Assembly (NCBI GenBank): GCA_028717565.1 | Contig: JAQUNP010000001.1 | Span: forward strand, 229,996-293,995 | Length of the DNA: 64,000 bases | From: Patescibacteria group bacterium | Lineage (GTDB): Bacteria > Patescibacteriota > Kazan-3B-28 | Direction: 5' to 3' | Shown here: positions 16,589 to 26,016 of the stretch, one piece after another | Numbering within the stretch: the stretch's first letter is position 1 | Layout: each line of letters opens with the position of its first letter | Translations under genes and position numbers: made by a program | The notes under the pieces: generated by a model | Told to the model about the DNA's origin: nothing | Database searches by the model: none | The model's input: the letters and a program-made list of their open reading frames with translations, nothing else

Positions 16589-16593
16589 GTCCT

Positions 16594-18495
16594 CTATATT
16601 ACATTAATAGTCCAACTAAAAGTTGGGCCAAACCAAGTTATGTATTCGGATACCAACTGGAAGGTTTCTGTGTAAACGCCTGTCTGGCTCGGCGCGAACA
16701 CTTCAACCGCAAGAGTTATAGAACTACCAGGCGGAACATTGAAGCCACCGGTCAAAACGCGATTAGGACTTAGCCAGGTGGGGAGATAAAAGATGCTTTT
16801 ACGATCATGGGGGAGGGCAGTGCCCAGTTTGACGACGCCGGTATTTGAACCGGATTGGCTGCCTAGCCAAGTAGCCGTTCCGGTGTTTTTCAACGTAACA
16901 GACAATAAGACCTTTTCACCCGGACTGGCTACCAATGGACTATTAATTTGTTCGACGTTGGCCTGGTAGGCCACTGGGCTAACAACCGTACCAGACGCCC
17001 CCCCAGTCCCAGTGACAGTGACATCCCAATAGATGCCCAAGTCATTCAGCCAGGTGACTCCCTCGGCCACAACACTAAAATACTCCCTGAAATTGCCAGG
17101 TTGACTTGCGGATATGGTAAAGGTAAAGCGACCAGTTTCGCCCGGCTGGACTACAGCCGGGGACATAGTAGCAGCCCGATTCGAGCTTAACCAACTAGTG
17201 TGATATAAGCTACTCGCTCGATCTTTGGGTCGGTCAGTGCCTAAACGCACTTGACCCATATCGGTTGCCGACTGGACTTGGCTGACCCACGTAGCGGCAC
17301 CAGCATTTTTGAGCTCTACCCACAAAGTAGTTTGCTCACCAACCGCCAGAGTCGGATAGGCACTCTGACCGAGCCATTGCATCCGATAATCAGCGGGGTT
17401 AGAGCTAACTGTAGCTGACGCGACTTGAGTCCCAGCCTGCCCCAGCGCCGCCCAAGCATCAGCGCGTCCGGAACCAAAGAAAATACTTTGGCCGCTACCT
17501 AGCGGAAACGCAGTCGTAGTCATTAAATGCTGGATCTGACTAGGCGAAAGTGCTGGATTCTTTGCCAACAACAAAGACACTATGCCAGTCACTTGTGCAG
17601 AGGCAAAAGACGAGCCAGCTCCATCAACATAATCCTGGCTGCCTAGACCCGCCATCACGATATTCTCACCTGGGGCGACTATGTCCATATTGCTACCATA
17701 GTTTGAAAAGGCAGACAGTTGATTTTGGGCATTAATTGAACCGACGGCAATCACTTGAGGATATCGCGCTGGGTAAAAAATTTCGCCACTGCTATTGTTG
17801 CCAACCGCCGCCACTATCGACACCCCATGCGAGATGGCATAAGTAACGGCTTCGGATAATACCGCTGCATCTGAATTTGAACCAAAGCTCATGTTAATAA
17901 CTGAGGCACCATTGTCCACGGCATAGCGGATGGCTTCAGCCACATCCCAAAAATCGCCTCCGCCCAAATTGTCCAAGGCCTTTAGTGCCATAATGCGCGC
18001 CGACCAATTGATGCCAGCCAGACCCAATTGATTGTTGGTGTTAGCCGCTATGATACTAGCGATGCCAGTCCCGTGGCCATGGCCGTCATTAATATCGGAG
18101 TTGCGATTATAAAAATTGTATCCGAGATAATCATCGACATATCCATTGTGATCATCATCCATTCCGTTATCGGGGATCTCGTCACTATTAACCCAGAGAC
18201 GATTTGTTAAATCTTGATGGTTCCTATTGATTCCAGTATCGATGACTGCCACCGTTGAGGGTGAGCCAGTAGCCAAACTCCAGGCCTGATCAATTTTTAA
18301 TGTACGGAGTGAGACCTGCTGAGGGAAGTAGGGATCGTTGGGGTTGACGGTTTGGATACGAACGGGAGTCGGTTGAATTTGCCCCAAGATTTGTCCAGCA
18401 ATATAAACGTCCGACTCTGACGAAGCCAAGGTCGGCGAAATACCCGCGCAGGTGAAGGGCAGCAATATCGCGACTAGGACAAGCATTTTTCGCAT
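16594..18495 (-). CDS. secreted subtilisin-like (S8) serine peptidase with two C-terminal NBR1-type Ig-like repeats
   Basis: 633 aa; signal peptide; catalytic triad contexts AVIDTG, HGHGTG, GSSFASAQVTG; two ~120-aa repeats homologous to the N-domain of the L,D-transpeptidase at 47243. Confidence 0.9.
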   Translation of the reverse strand: MRKMLVLVAILLPFTCAGISPTLASSESDVYIAGQILGQIQPTPVRIQTVNPNDPYFPQQVSLRTLKIDQAWSLATGSPSTVAVIDTGINRNHQDLTNRLWVNSDEIPDNGMDDDHNGYVDDYLGYNFYNRNSDINDGHGHGTGIASIIAANTNNQLGLAGINWSARIMALKALDNLGGGDFWDVAEAIRYAVDNGASVINMSFGSNSDAAVLSEAVTYAISHGVSIVAAVGNNSSGEIFYPARYPQVIAVGSINAQNQLSAFSNYGSNMDIVAPGENIVMAGLGSQDYVDGAGSSFASAQVTGIVSLLLAKNPALSPSQIQHLMTTTAFPLGSGQSIFFGSGRADAWAALGQAGTQVASATVSSNPADYRMQWLGQSAYPTLAVGEQTTLWVELKNAGAATWVSQVQSATDMGQVRLGTDRPKDRASSLYHTSWLSSNRAATMSPAVVQPGETGRFTFTISASQPGNFREYFSVVAEGVTWLNDLGIYWDVTVTGTGGASGTVVSPVAYQANVEQINSPLVASPGEKVLLSVTLKNTGTATWLGSQSGSNTGVVKLGTALPHDRKSIFYLPTWLSPNRVLTGGFNVPPGSSITLAVEVFAPSQTGVYTETFQLVSEYITWFGPTFSWTINVI

Positions 18496-18526
18496 GAACT
18501 CATTTTACCACAGGACTTTCATTGGT

Positions 18527-18555
18527 TTGACAAGCAAAGTCCATTAAAATAGAAT
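18527..18555 (+). promoter_or_regulatory. promoter of tRNA-Lys(UUU)
   Basis: TTGACA(18527-18532)-17 nt-TAGAAT(18550-18555). Confidence 0.65.
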
Positions 18556-18575
18556 CGGATAGCGACTTTTTCCTT

Positions 18576-18649
18576 GGGTCCATAGCTTAGTGGTAAAGCA
18601 GTTGCCTTTTAAGCAATTGATGAAGGTTCGATTCCTTCTGGACCCACCA
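18576..18649 (+). tRNA. tRNA-Lys (anticodon UUU), CCA encoded
   Basis: GGGTCCA acceptor pairs with TGGACCC. Anticodon arm GTTGC-CTTTTAA-GCAAT. T arm GAAGG-TTCGATT-CCTTC. A-CCA end. Confidence 0.93.
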
Positions 18650-18657
18650 AAAAAATC

Positions 18658-18680
18658 CACCCAGAGACACGTCCTGGGTG
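18658..18680. terminator. bidirectional hairpin between the tRNA and the convergent lipoprotein gene
   Basis: CACCCAG-agacacgtc-CTGGGTG preceded by an A-run. Confidence 0.55.
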
Positions 18681-18687
18681 AGTTGAA

Positions 18688-19584
18688 TTAAAAAGTCATT
18701 GGTAACTCGTTCAACAACGAACCGTAGGGATCAAATTGTTGAACAACTGGTGCCTTAATAGTGGGAACATGGTTATGATTGGACAAAGCGATATCTAAAT
18801 CCACACCCAAAGGAATACCCTGACTGGAGTAGACACCTCGGAAAACTAATCGAGTGGGCCAAAAGTCCCGCTTGCCAATCCAAATATCGACTACGTAGTT
18901 GCTCAATTGATCCAAGACATCATCAGGCAATAGTACCGTGTCCGTCAGCTGCGCCAGTAGGGAAGAGAGAACGGCTGTTTTGACATGGACACGGTAGTGA
19001 TACGAGCGCAGAGCCCCGATGGTCTCGTCAGGCAGCGCCTCTACGATTTCAAACAGATTGGGGTCAAATGACTCGGCGTTGGATAAGGTCAAAGCTTGCG
19101 ACGGAGCTGTGCCCAGAACCTGACCGGCAGTTTCTATGGCTGGATGTTTTACTTTGTACCAACGACCCAGTTGACCAATGTCAGAAGAGAGAAACAAGGG
19201 CAGCTGCAGGGCATCGATCTTGAAATAGGTATAATCGTCCACGCTAATCAGTTGGCCACCGAGTGTGACAGGCAGACCCTCCACTTCAGTAGTGATTTGT
19301 CCGCTGGCTTTGATGTTTGGCTTGGCTGAATCTGTGCCATCCATAAGACCTGTCAAACGAAGGGTGGCTGCTTCCACATTTTGGCCTAAACCGGTGGGGA
19401 GATTGCCAGACAGTTCTAGAGTCAAATCGTAACTGAACCCAGACAGTCGTTCTAGCTCAAGAGAGAAGTTGGTCATCACTTCTGTTGGCTCAAGTGAAGC
19501 GGCTTGCAAACCACTGATACACCCAGACAAGGCAATTGCCGCTGCCGCTAGTGCTAATCCGAGAATTACTAACCTAGACCTCAT
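18688..19584 (-). CDS. hypothetical lipoprotein
   Basis: MRSRLVILGLALAAAAIALSGC, with lipobox LSGC. I prefer ATG 19584, which lies 7 nt after TATAAT (19597-19592), so the transcript would be leaderless. The track starts at TTG 19602. Confidence 0.65.
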   Translation of the reverse strand: MRSRLVILGLALAAAAIALSGCISGLQAASLEPTEVMTNFSLELERLSGFSYDLTLELSGNLPTGLGQNVEAATLRLTGLMDGTDSAKPNIKASGQITTEVEGLPVTLGGQLISVDDYTYFKIDALQLPLFLSSDIGQLGRWYKVKHPAIETAGQVLGTAPSQALTLSNAESFDPNLFEIVEALPDETIGALRSYHYRVHVKTAVLSSLLAQLTDTVLLPDDVLDQLSNYVVDIWIGKRDFWPTRLVFRGVYSSQGIPLGVDLDIALSNHNHVPTIKAPVVQQFDPYGSLLNELPMTF

Positions 19585-19648
19585 ACTAGTCATTATACAC
19601 AACCCCGAATTCCAAAAATTTTCCTATATAATGAAAGCGGAGGTGAAG

Positions 19649-20191
19649 ATGGCGCTCAATCTACGGCCAATTAGCGGCTTTGCAAATATGCCAGTACTCG
19701 ACTTAGAATCTGGCGCCGTGCTGGGGAGAGTTTTGGATTGGATTTTTGATGTACCAAAACAAAAGTTGGTGGCTTTTGTGTTAAACCGTGGGAGTGTATT
19801 GGCCCCCGCACAAGTTTTAGTCCCAACCGATATTGTTGAGTATGGACCTAAAATGATTTTAGCTCGTAATCGTAATGCACTAATCCACCCAAAAGAAGTG
19901 GTCGGCCTGTTAGAATTGATGAAATTGCATCCCAACCTGCTGGGCCTAACCGCTACTAGCGTGGAGGGTAAGTTGCTTGGAAAAATTAATGACTGTGATA
20001 TTGATACAATCAGCTCGATCGTCCAGCGTTACCACATAGGTGCCCCCTTGGTGGCTCTAACCCAACCCGACCTTCTACTGCCGGCTAGTCGGTTTGTACG
20101 CACAGACAAGGGTCGTATTATCTTTGACGTCAGTACACAGCCAACCAAAACACTAGCTGAGTCCCAACAGACTCAAACCGAAACGGCCTAA
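19649..20191 (+). CDS. PRC-barrel domain protein
   Basis: ATG 19649 preceded by GGAGGTG. The N-terminal region MALNLRPISGFANMPVLDLESGAVLGRVLDW resembles PRC-barrel (YlmC/YmxH-like) proteins. The upstream part of the track ORF overlaps the divergent gene. Confidence 0.6.
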   Translation: MALNLRPISGFANMPVLDLESGAVLGRVLDWIFDVPKQKLVAFVLNRGSVLAPAQVLVPTDIVEYGPKMILARNRNALIHPKEVVGLLELMKLHPNLLGLTATSVEGKLLGKINDCDIDTISSIVQRYHIGAPLVALTQPDLLLPASRFVRTDKGRIIFDVSTQPTKTLAESQQTQTETA

Positions 20192-20889
20192 ACCTTTAGC
20201 ACCAGACCCAACTTCTGCAGTTCGACCTTGGCCTGATGGTAGTTAGACAGGCCCTGGATCTTTAGATACTCTTTTTTTACCACACCCGGGGAAAGTTTTT
20301 TGACCAAAAACCCATAGCGCTTGAGTGCCGCTAAGGTTTTAGCATCATATTTGAAACCTAGTTCATGTTTAAACCTAACCACGCGCAAAATTCTAAGTGG
20401 ATCTTCCTGAAACCGGATGCTGGGTTCACCAATGATGCGAATCACCTTGTCTGTAATATCTTGCAGACCACCAACGTAATCTAGGTATTTACCTGTTTTG
20501 GGATTGAGATAGATAGCATTGATGGTGATATCACGGCGCGGTGCATCCTGGGCCGCCACTTGCACGAATTGTACTGCTTCAGGATACCGTTTGACATGGG
20601 CTAAATCTTCGCTATAAATATCCCGTCTAAAAGTGGTAACCTCATAAAGCACTTCATTAAACCGGAAGGCTACCACACCAAATTTTTCATCTACGGTAGC
20701 AGGAATGATATTATGCTGTCTTAGCATTCTGGTCACGTCTTGCGGCCTGGCATTAGTAGCCACATCAATGTCTCTGGGGTCGTCATTAATCCCAAGTAGC
20801 CGACTGCGGACTTGGTTGCCTACAAAATAAGCTGAGAAACCAGCTTCCTGAAGCCAAAACAGAGGCGTGTTAATCTCTTGATTTATCAT
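20188..20889 (-). CDS. minimal class II tRNA nucleotidyltransferase / poly(A) polymerase head domain protein (CCA-adding-like)
   Basis: 233 aa: GNQVRSRLLG, DIDVAT, RRDITINA, EDPLRILRVVRF motifs. It lacks the usual C-terminal body/tail region. Confidence 0.8.
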   Translation of the reverse strand: MINQEINTPLFWLQEAGFSAYFVGNQVRSRLLGINDDPRDIDVATNARPQDVTRMLRQHNIIPATVDEKFGVVAFRFNEVLYEVTTFRRDIYSEDLAHVKRYPEAVQFVQVAAQDAPRRDITINAIYLNPKTGKYLDYVGGLQDITDKVIRIIGEPSIRFQEDPLRILRVVRFKHELGFKYDAKTLAALKRYGFLVKKLSPGVVKKEYLKIQGLSNYHQAKVELQKLGLVLKV

Positions 20890-20899
20890 TTATACCTCA

Positions 20900-21676
20900 T
20901 TATATCCCAAATAACTGCCGCGCATTGGCAGTGGTTTGCTCACATACTTCTTTTAGGGGCAACCCTTTGATCTCGGCAAGCTTTTTCGCCACCTCGCTAA
21001 CGTGCATAGGTTCACATCGGGCTTTGCGGATTTGTTGCGGTGGCAAAAAGGGACAATCTGTTTCTAGAACAATCCGGTTTAGGGGCATATCTTTGGCGGC
21101 TTCCTGCAAGGCAGCATTTTGAGGATAAGTAAGCATATTATTCAGGCCAATATAGAATCCCATTTGTAAAAACTTACGTGCATGCGCAGGGCCCGCCGTG
21201 AATGAATGGATCACACCCGGGATACGTCCACCCAGGTGGGGGAGATAATCTCGTTCGAGTATTTGAACTGCCTCGCCATAAGCATCTCGGCAGTGGATCA
21301 CAACTGGCTTTTTAAGACCGAGGGCTAATTTGAGTTGTTCTGCAAAAGCGGCCTGTTGGCTTTCGTGAGCAGCTAGGTTTCTAAAATAATCCAAGCCAAT
21401 TTCACCAATAGCTACTACCTTGGATTCTTTGGCCAGAGATTTGATCTGACTGGACATCGCTGCAAACTCCTCAGCCGAATGGGGATGTACCCCTACTGCT
21501 GCGTAGATATCTTGGTAGCGGCCGGCTAAGTTGACTGAGTTTTGAGAAGTTTTGAGATCGGTCCCAATGTTTACCATGGTGTTTATACCATGACGTTTGG
21601 CTCGATCGATAACCTGCTCCATATCCTCACGAAACTGGGGGAAATCCAAGTGAACATGTGTATCGATGATATTCAT
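20900..21676 (-). CDS. TatD family metal-dependent hydrolase/DNase
   Basis: 258 aa; IDTHVHLDF start; EIGLDY and HCRDA motifs. Confidence 0.9.
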   Translation of the reverse strand: MNIIDTHVHLDFPQFREDMEQVIDRAKRHGINTMVNIGTDLKTSQNSVNLAGRYQDIYAAVGVHPHSAEEFAAMSSQIKSLAKESKVVAIGEIGLDYFRNLAAHESQQAAFAEQLKLALGLKKPVVIHCRDAYGEAVQILERDYLPHLGGRIPGVIHSFTAGPAHARKFLQMGFYIGLNNMLTYPQNAALQEAAKDMPLNRIVLETDCPFLPPQQIRKARCEPMHVSEVAKKLAEIKGLPLKEVCEQTTANARQLFGI

Positions 21677-21680
21677 AGAC

Positions 21681-22532
21681 CTAATGCATTAAACTAGCCC
21701 AAACCACCAATAGGGTGACAATGATGCTAGCAATAATATTTTTGACCCTCCACTGCTCATGTAAGAAGATAACCGAAAGAATATAAACTAGGATTGGGGA
21801 GAGCACAAAAATAAAAATGGTGTGTGATAACCCCAGAGCATGAAACGCACTATAGGCCGAGACCACTGCCACCACCGCCAACGCACCGATAACTGCAAAT
21901 GGCCCAAGGTGATGTCGTTTTATGATTGAAAAATTTGGCCGCGCCACTAGTGTCAGGGCAACTAGAACCAGCGAGCTTCTAACGAAATACAACACAATCG
22001 GGTCATAGACAGCCAAGAGTGTCTTGATAGCTACCGCCTCGAAACTATATGCAACCATAAATAACACAATGGCCCAAAGGCCTTTGGTTAATGCGAACCG
22101 ATGCTTTTTATGGTGTAACCAAAGCAGCGTGAGGCTCGCAATACCGACTGCCACATAGATAGGCCAACTGCGTTCCTCGGCATAAAAAGCCCCAGCGATA
22201 AGAATGGCGCCCAAGGGGTTAAACAGCAAGAATGGCTCGACCTCTGAGATTTTCTCATGTTCGATTCCCCAAAAGTATAGCAGGTTACTAGTAGTTGCTA
22301 GGATGACCACGATTAATATCAACCACCAAGAAGCTACGGCCTGTGATAAACTCGGCCAAGACCCAAAGAACGGTAATGCCAAGAGCAACACAAACACAAT
22401 GCCGGCAAATTGGAGCCAATTGAATTCTCGGCTAGTTAATCGGCCATATTGGCGAAAAAACTTTTTCGTGATAGTCAAAATTCCCGAATCAGCACAGACC
22501 GCCAAGATTGGCAACAGAACAGGAGGTATCAT
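21681..22532 (-). CDS. EamA/DMT-superfamily transporter
   Basis: 283 aa, ~10 TM, two-fold repeat architecture. Confidence 0.65.
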   Translation of the reverse strand: MIPPVLLPILAVCADSGILTITKKFFRQYGRLTSREFNWLQFAGIVFVLLLALPFFGSWPSLSQAVASWWLILIVVILATTSNLLYFWGIEHEKISEVEPFLLFNPLGAILIAGAFYAEERSWPIYVAVGIASLTLLWLHHKKHRFALTKGLWAIVLFMVAYSFEAVAIKTLLAVYDPIVLYFVRSSLVLVALTLVARPNFSIIKRHHLGPFAVIGALAVVAVVSAYSAFHALGLSHTIFIFVLSPILVYILSVIFLHEQWRVKNIIASIIVTLLVVWASLMH

Positions 22533-22585
22533 AAAAGGGAGGGGTTAGAGGAGTATAGAGTGACATTCCCTCTTATAATAACATT

Positions 22586-23212
22586 ATGGAAATAACCCGA
22601 TTAAAGACCCAGGTATCAAATCCGAATCGAGTGAATGTCTTCGTCGATGGGAAATTTTTTCGTGGGCTAAATACCTTGGTAGCAATGAAACTTGGCCTAA
22701 AGGTTGGTTTAGTTTTAAACCCCTATCTGGTGAAGCAGCTCGACCAGCAGGTCACTGGTGATGACGCATGGGAGTATGCCTTGCGATTGCTGCAGCATAG
22801 TCCAAAAAGTGTGCGCCAATTGGAAACTAAATTGCGTAGTAAGTTTGACACTCAAACCGTGCACAAGACCACCACCAAGTTGATTAGTCAAAGAATTGTG
22901 GATGATACACGCCTAGCTGGTGACTTGGTCGGCCGAGCCATGGCTGAAAAAACGAAGAGCCGACGTCAAATCTTTGTCTGGCTAAAAACTAAGCTATTCG
23001 ATGATGCGACTATCAACCAAGCGTTGAAATTGATAGATGACGATTATGACAGGCAGGCCGCTTGGCAGGTAGGCAGCAAAAAATACGGCCAACTACTGCG
23101 GCAAGGCAAAGTGGGGGATATAAACAAGAAGTTAAGTGCTTATCTGGCACAGAGGGGATTCGGGTACAATGCCGTCAAAGCGGTTTTATCCGATATCCAG
23201 CAGCTGGCCTAG
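22586..23212 (+). CDS. recX: recombination regulator RecX
   Basis: 208 aa; helical-repeat protein with the RecX-like N-terminus NRVNVFVDGKF. TATAAT (22574-22579) lies 6 nt before the ATG, so the transcript would be leaderless. Confidence 0.7.
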   Translation: MEITRLKTQVSNPNRVNVFVDGKFFRGLNTLVAMKLGLKVGLVLNPYLVKQLDQQVTGDDAWEYALRLLQHSPKSVRQLETKLRSKFDTQTVHKTTTKLISQRIVDDTRLAGDLVGRAMAEKTKSRRQIFVWLKTKLFDDATINQALKLIDDDYDRQAAWQVGSKKYGQLLRQGKVGDINKKLSAYLAQRGFGYNAVKAVLSDIQQLA

Positions 23213-23452
23213 ACGCATTTGGTCAAAACCAATTACGATTTCCTCTCGCATAGTCCCACTATCATCTAGCTGAACAATGCTCACTGGAACGCCTAGCTGG
23301 TGACTCTTGGCGACCATCTCCTGACGTGCTTCAACATCTGACGCAACATCTTTTTCTTCAAATGCCACATGGTTTTCTTTTAACCAGTCCTTTAACAAGT
23401 GACAATAGTGACAAGTCGGTGTGGAATAAATAGTGTATTTTGATAACTTCAT
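23186..23452 (-). CDS. glutaredoxin-like (NrdH/YruB-type) protein
   Basis: 88 aa; CHYC redox motif in IYSTPTCHYCHLLKDWL. Confidence 0.75.
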   Translation of the reverse strand: MKLSKYTIYSTPTCHYCHLLKDWLKENHVAFEEKDVASDVEARQEMVAKSHQLGVPVSIVQLDDSGTMREEIVIGFDQMRLGQLLDIG

Positions 23453-23478
23453 GGTGCCTCCTTTTTCAAGTGTCTTGC

Positions 23479-24729
23479 TTAGTGTATCATACCCCGCAAT
23501 CGCATCGCGTTGACCAACCGTTTAATGGCTACCAGGTAAGCCCCGACTCGCAATGAAACTTTGTTGTCAGTCGCCTGACTTAAGACCGCGTGGGTAGAAT
23601 TAGTAATATAACTACGTAATTTCTCGACTACATGTGCCTCGCTCCAATAATCATGGGAAAGGTTTTGGATCAGCTCAAAGTAACTAATGATAACCCCGCC
23701 GGCGTTGGCTAGGATATCAGGGACCACTAGAATATTGCGGGCATCTAGAGTAACGTCGGCCTGGCTGGTAATTGGGTGGTTGGCTAGTTCTAAAATGATT
23801 TTGGCTTGAACATGGTGAGCGTTCTGATCGGTAATTTGATTCTCCATTGCTGCCAAAACCAAAACATCAACGTCTAAACTAAGTAGTTCACTGTTGGTTA
23901 ATACTTGAACATATTCTATATCCTCAAGCGTACCCTGGCTCTGTTTGCGCCGGAGGACCTCACTAATATTGAGCCCACTCGGATTAAAGATAGCGTTGCG
24001 GCTGTCACTGAGCGCCACTACTCGGAAGCGGGGGTCTTGTGCTAAAAGTTGAGCAAAGCCCGCTCCGGCATTGCCAGCGCCTTGGATAGCCACAGTCAGA
24101 TGCGTTTTAGTGATGTTTAAATGTTTGATTATTTCTTCCAAAACATATTTCCCGCCCAAGGCGGTTGCGATGTTCCTGCCCCTAGATCCAAACAGCTCGA
24201 CTGGTTTACCCGTGACGATACCGGGAACTGTGTGCCCAACAATTTGCGAGTACTCATCCATCATCCACGCCATGATTTGATCGCTAGTGTTAACATCTGG
24301 TGCGGCCACATCTTGCCACGGCCCCAGCACGGAATGGAAGGCACGCAGATATGCCCGAGCTAATCTTTCTAACTCTGTTGGGGATAGGTTCTTGCTGTTG
24401 ATCCGAACACCACCCTTAGCGCCACCCAGAGGAATATCAGCTAAAGCGGTTTTAAGAGTCATGAGACCGGCTAGAGTCGTCACCTCAGCTTCATCTACTG
24501 CCGGATGAAACCGCACCCCGCCTTTGTATGCACCTCGCGCATTATTGTGTTGCACCCGCCAGGCCGGGCAGGTAATTGTCTCGCCATTGTCTAGTTCGAT
24601 CCCAAGCGTGGCTTGATGGATAGCATTGGGCTTTAAAATAGCCTCCTGAATCCGATGACTTACCCCCAAAATAGTAATAGCTTCTTTAAATGCAGACGCA
24701 AAACTTGGTAGTTGTGTTACTTCGTTCAT
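23479..24729 (-). CDS. Glu/Leu/Phe/Val dehydrogenase family (glutamate dehydrogenase-like)
   Basis: PLGGAKGG catalytic-Lys motif; Rossmann GAGNAG. ATG 24729 has AAGGGGG 9 nt upstream; the track starts at TTG 24738. Confidence 0.9.
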   Translation of the reverse strand: MNEVTQLPSFASAFKEAITILGVSHRIQEAILKPNAIHQATLGIELDNGETITCPAWRVQHNNARGAYKGGVRFHPAVDEAEVTTLAGLMTLKTALADIPLGGAKGGVRINSKNLSPTELERLARAYLRAFHSVLGPWQDVAAPDVNTSDQIMAWMMDEYSQIVGHTVPGIVTGKPVELFGSRGRNIATALGGKYVLEEIIKHLNITKTHLTVAIQGAGNAGAGFAQLLAQDPRFRVVALSDSRNAIFNPSGLNISEVLRRKQSQGTLEDIEYVQVLTNSELLSLDVDVLVLAAMENQITDQNAHHVQAKIILELANHPITSQADVTLDARNILVVPDILANAGGVIISYFELIQNLSHDYWSEAHVVEKLRSYITNSTHAVLSQATDNKVSLRVGAYLVAIKRLVNAMRLRGMIH

Positions 24730-24757
24730 AAGTATCAACCCCCTTTTAAAAATATGT

Positions 24758-25711
24758 CTATTTAATGTAGCCCTGATCGGCTGACTGGGTATCTGCGCTA
24801 AGCCCTTGAATGTAATTATAAGCCGCTAAGGCCGCCTTGGCACCCTCTCCGGCAGAAATTACAGTTTGTTTAAAGGGAACCGTAGTCGCATCTCCAGCGG
24901 CAAACACCCCCGGAGTGGTAGTTTGATTAACATGATCGATGACAATTTCGCCAGCAGCATTGAGCTGAACCAGCTCACGTATAAACTCACTGCCGACTAC
25001 ACTTCCAATCTCTACAAAGACACCATCGACATTTAGAGTTTGTTCGCCCATCGGTGTTTGAATCACTAATCCAGTTACAAACGAATTTCCTATAATTTTT
25101 TGGACAGTGGCGTTTAGAACAAGCTCTACCTTATCATTGGCTTGGGCACGTTTCACTAAAATTTCTTCTGCCCTAAATGTGTCGCGACGGTGGACGAGAT
25201 AAATTTTCTTGGCAATTTTGGTTAGTAATAAAACTGCGTCAAAAGCCGCGCTACCGCCACCTACCACCGCGACTGTTTTGTCACTAAACAGCGGTGCGTC
25301 GCAGGTGGCGCAGTACACCACGCCCTTGTTGCGAAACTCTTTTTCACCACTTACATCCAGCGCCCGATGGTGTTTGCCAAAGGCCAATATAATCGTCTTG
25401 GCACCATATTCACTACCGTCTTCGGCTTTCACCCAAAAATCTTGCTCACCGCGTTTTTTGATATCAGCGATACCAACTAACTTGATTTGAGCTCCAAACT
25501 TTTTGGCTTGATCAGCAAAGTTATTCATTAGCGCTGGCCCTGTAGAAAAATCTATGCCGGGATAATTCTCTATATCCATCGTGGTAGAAGTTTGACCGCC
25601 CAAATCTTTGCCAAATACCACCGTCGAAAGTTGACGACGCGCAGCATACAGGGCAGCAGTCAGGCCAGCTGCACCAGCCCCCACGATAATAACATCAAAC
25701 TTTTCCTCCAT
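24758..25711 (-). CDS. trxB: thioredoxin-disulfide reductase
   Basis: 317 aa; GAGAAG FAD motif; CATCD redox centre. TATAAT (25723-25718) lies 6 nt before the ATG, so the transcript would be leaderless. Confidence 0.95.
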   Translation of the reverse strand: MEEKFDVIIVGAGAAGLTAALYAARRQLSTVVFGKDLGGQTSTTMDIENYPGIDFSTGPALMNNFADQAKKFGAQIKLVGIADIKKRGEQDFWVKAEDGSEYGAKTIILAFGKHHRALDVSGEKEFRNKGVVYCATCDAPLFSDKTVAVVGGGSAAFDAVLLLTKIAKKIYLVHRRDTFRAEEILVKRAQANDKVELVLNATVQKIIGNSFVTGLVIQTPMGEQTLNVDGVFVEIGSVVGSEFIRELVQLNAAGEIVIDHVNQTTTPGVFAAGDATTVPFKQTVISAGEGAKAALAAYNYIQGLSADTQSADQGYIK

Positions 25712-25745
25712 GATGCAATTATAACAAGACTAGGCAAGGGGGTAT

Positions 25746-25773
25746 TAAAAACCCCGCTTTGAGAACCAAGCGG
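25746..25773 (-). terminator. terminator of the acidic-protein gene
   Basis: Minus strand CCGCTT-ggttctc-AAGCGG followed by GGTTTTT. Confidence 0.6.
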
Positions 25774-25806
25774 AGTTTTTAATATTTCCTTCAAAAAGGA
25801 AGTGGA

Positions 25807-26016
25807 TTACATGTCGTCACCGTCTTCGTCATCCACATCACCCATGTCATCGTCAGCATCCAAGCTGTCGTCATCGGTGTCGGTGTCATCATCATCTCCT
25901 TCACCAGCTGGCGTAGGAGCATTATCTGTGTCACCGTCTTCGTCAATACCAGTATCGGTATCGTCGGTGTCAGGAGTGTCTAGTTCCTGGTCGTCTTGCA
26001 TAATTTCGTCGTCCAT
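25807..26016 (-). CDS. hypothetical poly-acidic protein (69 aa, mostly D/E/T/G)
   Basis: AAGGGG SD 4-5 nt before the ATG, with its own promoter and terminator. The Ser-rich antisense ORF lacks such signals. Confidence 0.6.
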   Translation of the reverse strand: MDDEIMQDDQELDTPDTDDTDTGIDEDGDTDNAPTPAGEGDDDDTDTDDDSLDADDDMGDVDDEDGDDM

